DNA of 64,000 nucleotides from an uncultured Gammaproteobacteria bacterium (GTDB lineage Bacteria; Pseudomonadota; Gammaproteobacteria; JAURND01): NCBI GenBank assembly GCA_963777715.1, contig CAVZRN010000020.1, positions 8,395 to 72,394 of the forward strand, read 5' to 3'. Shown piece by piece: positions 59,359 to 64,000 of this stretch (position 1 is its first letter; each line of letters starts with the position of its first letter). The notes under the pieces were generated by a model. It saw only the letters and a program-made list of their open reading frames with translations, ran no database searches and was not told where the DNA came from. The position numbers and the translations under genes were made by a program.

Positions 59359-59907
59359 ATGTCTAATGTGGCTTCTGCTGTTAGTGCATTGAATCGAGGT
59401 GGTTTAATTGCATATCCTACTGAGGGAGTGTATGGGTTGGGATGCGATCCACTTAATGAGTTGACGGTGTTAGAACTGTTGGTATTGAAAAAACGCACGG
59501 TAAATAAAGGATTGATTTTAATAGCCTCTGATGTGGAACAACTGCTTCCCTATATTGTGCCAGTTCCACCCGAATGTATGCAGCGGGTATTGGCCACTTG
59601 GCCTGGACCAGTAACGTGGATATTCCCGGCATCGGAAGCAGTGCCCGCATGGATTCGTGGCGATTATTCTACCGTGGCGGTGCGTGTTACAGCCCATCCG
59701 ATTGCTAAAGGTTTGTGTGAGAAATTTGGTCGTCCCGTAGTGTCTACCAGCGCTAATTTAACTGGAGACGCGCCGGCGTTGAGTGTTACTGATGTAAAGA
59801 AACATTTTCCATTAGGGCTTGATGTGATCGTGCCAGGAGACGTTATGCAGCGTGGTAAGGTTTCGGAGATACGAGATGTGATGACGGGGAAAGTTGTTCG
59901 GGTGTGA
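59359..59907 (+). CDS. tsaC: L-threonylcarbamoyladenylate synthase (YrdC/TsaC type)
   Basis: GGLIAYPTEGVYGLGCDP...VVSTSANLTG. Confidence 0.85.
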   Translation: MSNVASAVSALNRGGLIAYPTEGVYGLGCDPLNELTVLELLVLKKRTVNKGLILIASDVEQLLPYIVPVPPECMQRVLATWPGPVTWIFPASEAVPAWIRGDYSTVAVRVTAHPIAKGLCEKFGRPVVSTSANLTGDAPALSVTDVKKHFPLGLDVIVPGDVMQRGKVSEIRDVMTGKVVRV

Positions 59908-59909
59908 GG

Positions 59910-60033
59910 GAAACGGCCATATTTTGCCGATTTTGGCGGGAAAAAGTCTCTCAAAATGCTCACATATCAACCCATATATGCTGCGCTTTTTCGAGACTTT
60001 TTCGCACCAAACTCGACTAAAATCTGACCGTTT
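59910..60033. repeat. family H palindromic element
   Basis: Near-identical to 58051..58176. It starts 3 nt after the tsaC stop. Confidence 0.8.
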
Positions 60034-60081
60034 ATAACTAGTCAGCGTAATTAAATATCTACAAGTAAAACCAAGTACTTC

Positions 60082-61308
60082 ATGTATAAACATCTCAAAT
60101 CCTATACCTTCCTGTTTATTCTCATTGCTTCTATCCTATTGGGTGGCGTTGCTGGCTATGTATTGGGACCCAGCGCAACTATCTTAAAACCACTCGGCGA
60201 TATTTTCCTAAACCTAATGTTTACCGTAGTCATCCCATTGATATTCTTTAGCGTTTCTTCAGCTGTCGCTAATATGGGTGATCTAAAACGCGTAGGCAAG
60301 GTCATCTCAACTACGCTGGGTGTATTTTTATTTACCGGCCTGGTTGCAGCGTTGTTTATGATTATCGTAGTGATGTTATTTCCGCCAGCGCAAGGTGTGG
60401 TAGTGACGTTATCAACGGCCGCAAAAACAACTGCCGCCACTAGTGTGGGTGACCAACTCGCTAACATTTTCACTGTGGCTGATTTTTTCAAACTGTTTTC
60501 ACGTGACAATATACTGGCGCTCATTTTTTTCGCAGTGTTGGTAGGATTGGCTACTTCAGCCTGTGGTGAAAAAGCCAAACCGATTGCAGTATTATTGCAA
60601 GCAGCGACGGAAGTTTCTATGAAGTTAGTGTCGTTCGTTATGTATTATGCGCCCATTGGATTTTTCGCCTATTTCGCAGTATTAGTAGCAGAACTCGGAC
60701 CAAGATTACTCGAAACTTATGCGCGCGCCACGTTGATCTATTATCCGGCATCAATCATTTATTTTATTGTGGCATTTACTGGCTATGCTTATTTGGCAGG
60801 GAAAAAACCGGCGATTCGGGCATTTTGGAAAAAGGTATCCTTGCCATTTATGACGTCACTGGCTACCTGCAGTAGCGCCGCCAGTATTCCGGTTAATTTA
60901 CAAGCCACGTGCGACATGGGCGTGCCAGCGCAAATTGCTGAAACCGTCGTCCCCTTGGGCGCTATCTTGCATAAGGATGGTTCAGTGATGGGTGGGGTAG
61001 TGAAAATTGCATTTTTATTTGGACTATTTCATCTGCCTTTTTCTGGGTTATGGGTATTGGCAACGGCAGTATTAGTTGCGTTATTAGTTGGCACAGTGAT
61101 CGGTGCGATTCCCAGTGGCGGCATGGTAGCAGAAATATTAATTCTATCGCTGTACGGATTTCCACCGCAGGCGCTGATTATCATTGCCGCTATTACCATC
61201 TTGATTGATCCACCAGCAACGGTATTGAATGTGAATGGGGATAGTGTGGCGAGTATGTTGGTAGCCAGATTAACAGAAGGTAGGCGGTGGTTGGGTGTTG
61301 TTGAATAA
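60082..61308 (+). CDS. dicarboxylate/amino acid:cation symporter (DAACS family)
   Basis: 408 aa polytopic protein. [20 protein letters not shown]..., SSAASIP and GDSVA-type motifs. Confidence 0.8.
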   Translation: MYKHLKSYTFLFILIASILLGGVAGYVLGPSATILKPLGDIFLNLMFTVVIPLIFFSVSSAVANMGDLKRVGKVISTTLGVFLFTGLVAALFMIIVVMLFPPAQGVVVTLSTAAKTTAATSVGDQLANIFTVADFFKLFSRDNILALIFFAVLVGLATSACGEKAKPIAVLLQAATEVSMKLVSFVMYYAPIGFFAYFAVLVAELGPRLLETYARATLIYYPASIIYFIVAFTGYAYLAGKKPAIRAFWKKVSLPFMTSLATCSSAASIPVNLQATCDMGVPAQIAETVVPLGAILHKDGSVMGGVVKIAFLFGLFHLPFSGLWVLATAVLVALLVGTVIGAIPSGGMVAEILILSLYGFPPQALIIIAAITILIDPPATVLNVNGDSVASMLVARLTEGRRWLGVVE

Positions 61309-61623
61309 CACATATTCCGTAACTGGCTCCCCGCCAATTAAATGTTGTTGAATAATTTGTTCCAATACCTCCGGCGTGCACGAGTGATACCAAACGCCAT
61401 CGGGATAAACCACGGCAATCGGTCCATTGCTACAAATGCGCAGACAATTCGCCTTGGTGCGCAATACCGTAGTTAATTTCAATTCCTGCAAACGCCGCTT
61501 TAAATAATCCCATGCTTCTAATCCTGCTTCCAGGCTGCAACATTTTGGCGTAGTCTGATCGCAACATAAAAAAATATGCCGCTGTATATTGGGTAGGTTC
61601 AATGCGATTATTTTTTGTTGCAT
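61270..61623 (-). CDS. thioredoxin-like [2Fe-2S] ferredoxin-domain protein
   Basis: [14 protein letters not shown]...[22 protein letters not shown]. The 3' end overlaps the convergent transporter gene. Confidence 0.65.
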   Translation of the reverse strand: MQQKIIALNLPNIQRHIFLCCDQTTPKCCSLEAGLEAWDYLKRRLQELKLTTVLRTKANCLRICSNGPIAVVYPDGVWYHSCTPEVLEQIIQQHLIGGEPVTEYVLFNNTQPPPTFC

Positions 61624-61629
61624 AATTTA

Positions 61630-61945
61630 GCCATGGCCTTGTTTCCTTCTCCCCTCGTGGGAGAAGGTGGCCGCACCTATATTTTAGCTTAAAACAGTAT
61701 ATGAATGATAAAGTATTTTAGCTAAAAAACCTAATTGAAACTGTGCGGACGGATGAGGGGTAGATGAGTTTGGCAGAAAACCATGACCCACCCCTCATCC
61801 GTCCGCACAGATTTATCAAAATTTATTAGCTGGTATAGTACATTGCCTAAATCAAATTTACAGCCAGCATCTGGGTGCGGCCACCTTCTCCCACGAGGGG
61901 AGAAGGAACAATGCCACTGCTAAATGAGGGAGAAAGGAAACAAGG
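61630..61945. repeat. family C composite palindromic element
   Basis: ttccttctcccctcgtgggagaaggtggccgcac, gtgcggacggatgaggggt, acccctcatccgtccgcac, gtgcggccaccttctcccacgaggggagaagg. Confidence 0.85.
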
Positions 61946-62001
61946 AGTACCGTATTGACATAATCTCCTAACCATTTAATGTGCAACTACCTAAACATTA
62001 A

Positions 62002-64000
62002 ATGGCAGATAATATGTACGCATGTGTGTTAGCGTTTTTAATCGGGACCCTGTCGTTGTCATGGTTTCACACCATCCCTGACTTATGGTGGTTTTTACCA
62101 ATCCTGGTATGTGCGGCGCTTGCATGGCGCTATGCGAAGAATCCCCTGCGTACCTATGTACAATGGTTATTGTTTGCCCTGGTTGGCAGTGTGTATGTAT
62201 TATGGCGTGCGCAATGCGTACTCACCTGGCATTTACCGGAAAACTTAGCCACGCAAACCGTGACCGTGGTTGGCGTTATTGCTGCGTTACCCAAGGTGGA
62301 AGATGATACAGTGCAGTTTGTGTTTGATATGACGGCGCTGAATAACCAGCCACAACAGGCGCGTATTCAATTAACCTGGTATCAATTTAACGGTGCGCCA
62401 CTGCGTGTTGGCGATCACTGGCGATTACAGGTGCGGTTAAAACCACCGCATGGATTATTAAATCCAGGTAGTGCTGATTATGAACAGTGGCTGTTTGCAC
62501 ATCGCATTCGCGCCACAGGCTATGTCGTCACACCATCTGCCACTGCAAATACACTGTTATCTAATCATTCTTGGATACACCCAATTGATTCACTGCGCCA
62601 ATCGTTACAACAAGTATTACATAATCACTTGGCAGGGCAGCCCACGGAAGGTTTAATCATGGCGCTGATTATGGGTGCGCAACAAAATATTACTCAGCCG
62701 CAATGGCAGGTCATGCGGGCTACGGGCACTAATCATTTAATGGCGATTGCCGGTGTGCACATCGCCTTTGTTGCAGGGTTTATCTATTGGTTGGTGAATT
62801 ATTTATGGCGACGTTCACAGCGATTATTACTGAAAGTTCCCGCGCCGCAAGCAGCTGCTTGTGGATCCTTAATCGCCGCCATTATTTATAGCGCACTCGC
62901 CGGTTTTGCACTACCAACTCAGCGTGCATTAATCATGCTCAGTGTATGCATGTTAGGATTATTATTGCGGCGTGAACTGCAGATATGGAATTCCCTGGCA
63001 TTGGCGCTGTTGCTTATTTTATTGTGGGATCCATTTGCTACACTATCAGTTAGTTTTTGGCTATCATTTGGCGCCGTGTTTGCGATTATTTACGGCATCA
63101 GCGGACGTTTAAAACCTCAGGGCTTGTGGTGGAAATATGGGCGCGTGCAATGGGTAATCACCATCGCGCTTATTCCAATCTCGTTAACCTTGTTCCAGCA
63201 AACTTCGCTTGTTGCATTTATTGCCAACTTAATCGCGGTGCCAGCAGTAGGCATCTTAGTATTACCGTTATGTTTGTTGGGTACGCTATTGCTATTTATT
63301 ATTCCTGTGGCTGGGCATTATTTATTAATCGCTGCTGCGCATAGTATTGCAATAATTTGGCAACTATTAGCCTGGTTAGCGACGTTGCACGGCGCTATTT
63401 GGCAACAACCGATGCCGTCATGGTGGATATTAGCGGCTGCATGTGTCGGCGTATTATTACTGCTTGCGCCGCGCGGTTTTCCAGCACGTTGGTTGGGTAT
63501 CGCCTGGTTATTACCAGTGATATTTTTTCAACCGATAGCGCCGGCGTTTGGTGCGGTAAATTTTACCTTACTCGATGTGGGGCAGGGTCTAGCTGCAGTG
63601 GTGCAAACGCAACATCATGCACTGTTATTTGATACCGGCCCCCCGATGGGGCCACACGACGATGCTGGACAACGCGTAATCCTACCATTTCTACACTCGG
63701 CGGCCATTACAACGATCGACACCTTGATGGTTAGTCATGGCGATAGCGATCATATTGGTGGAGCAGGGTCTGTATTAAAACAAATACCAGTCGCGGCAGT
63801 ATTGACTAGTGTACCCGAGCGTTTTCAAGCTGGCACAGCGCATCTATGCCAAGCGGGACAAACCTGGCAATGGGATGGCGTAAGTTTTGTGGTGTTATAT
63901 CCAGCGCCGCAATTATTGCATTTAAATAACAACAGCTCCTGCGTATTAAAAGTGACAGCAGATAACGCCAGCATTTTATTAACCGGCGATATTGAAAAAT
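62002..64000 (+). CDS. comEC: DNA internalization competence protein ComEC/Rec2, partial (runs off right edge)
   Basis: Own translation MADNMYACVLAFLIGTLSL...LMALIMGAQQNITQPQWQVMRATGTNHLMAIAGVHI...FWLSFGAVFAII...LDVGQGLAAVVQT..LLFDTG...MVSHGDSDHIGG. It is absent from the ORF track because it has no stop in the window. The track ORFs 62085-63632 are in off frames. Confidence 0.85.
   Translation, partial: MADNMYACVLAFLIGTLSLSWFHTIPDLWWFLPILVCAALAWRYAKNPLRTYVQWLLFALVGSVYVLWRAQCVLTWHLPENLATQTVTVVGVIAALPKVEDDTVQFVFDMTALNNQPQQARIQLTWYQFNGAPLRVGDHWRLQVRLKPPHGLLNPGSADYEQWLFAHRIRATGYVVTPSATANTLLSNHSWIHPIDSLRQSLQQVLHNHLAGQPTEGLIMALIMGAQQNITQPQWQVMRATGTNHLMAIAGVHIAFVAGFIYWLVNYLWRRSQRLLLKVPAPQAAACGSLIAAIIYSALAGFALPTQRALIMLSVCMLGLLLRRELQIWNSLALALLLILLWDPFATLSVSFWLSFGAVFAIIYGISGRLKPQGLWWKYGRVQWVITIALIPISLTLFQQTSLVAFIANLIAVPAVGILVLPLCLLGTLLLFIIPVAGHYLLIAAAHSIAIIWQLLAWLATLHGAIWQQPMPSWWILAAACVGVLLLLAPRGFPARWLGIAWLLPVIFFQPIAPAFGAVNFTLLDVGQGLAAVVQTQHHALLFDTGPPMGPHDDAGQRVILPFLHSAAITTIDTLMVSHGDSDHIGGAGSVLKQIPVAAVLTSVPERFQAGTAHLCQAGQTWQWDGVSFVVLYPAPQLLHLNNNSSCVLKVTADNASILLTGDIEK

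Noticed and set aside
62085-63632. Track ORFs 62085..62306, 62471..62656, 63057..63344 and 63357..63632
   Set aside because: They are off-frame ORFs inside the ComEC reading frame (62002..>64000). That frame is uninterrupted and carries the family motifs.

Overview
64 kb of a moderately AT-rich gammaproteobacterial chromosome. Gene content and regulatory motifs look Legionellales-like (an intracellular lifestyle is suggested), but the taxon cannot be fixed from the sequence alone. There are four layers. (1) 1-8387 is the right part of a lambdoid-type prophage, running off the left edge. On the minus strand it has a structural gene, a lysis cassette, antiterminator Q, a replication gene and an HTH/ParB-like gene. 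On the plus strand it has a CsrA-like gene, xis and int. It sits next to a tRNA-Ala/tRNA-Glu operon. Between Q and the lysis genes it carries a cargo gene whose product ends in the eukaryotic prenylation motif CIVM. (2) Ordinary housekeeping genes: an aspartate aminotransferase, mccB-like, gloB, yafS-like, rnhA, pyk, an mla/mce-type ABC operon, prmB, asd, adk, parC, hemC, uvrD, hemX, hemY, prfA, lptD, surA, tsaC, a DAACS transporter, a ferredoxin and comEC. Two type II TA pairs (yefM/yoeB, vapBC) are also present. (3) Putative host-directed genes: an ankyrin protein, an acidic tandem-repeat protein, an H1-like protein with an AT-hook, several proteins with paired hydrophobic hairpins, and a 9.5 kb island (35118-44657). 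The island holds two giant paralogous membrane proteins, one of them split by a 10-bp tandem duplication. Three of the hydrophobic-hairpin genes share one promoter architecture: a tandem TTAATAT-type direct repeat, then N6, then CTATACT. This matches my recollection of the PmrA box of Legionella/Coxiella effector regulons. (4) At least eight families of palindromic MITE/REP-like repeats fill almost every intergenic gap. They nest in each other, provide stop codons or C-terminal tails for genes, split one gene, and sit in frame inside hemC. No CRISPR array, rRNA or transposase gene was seen.
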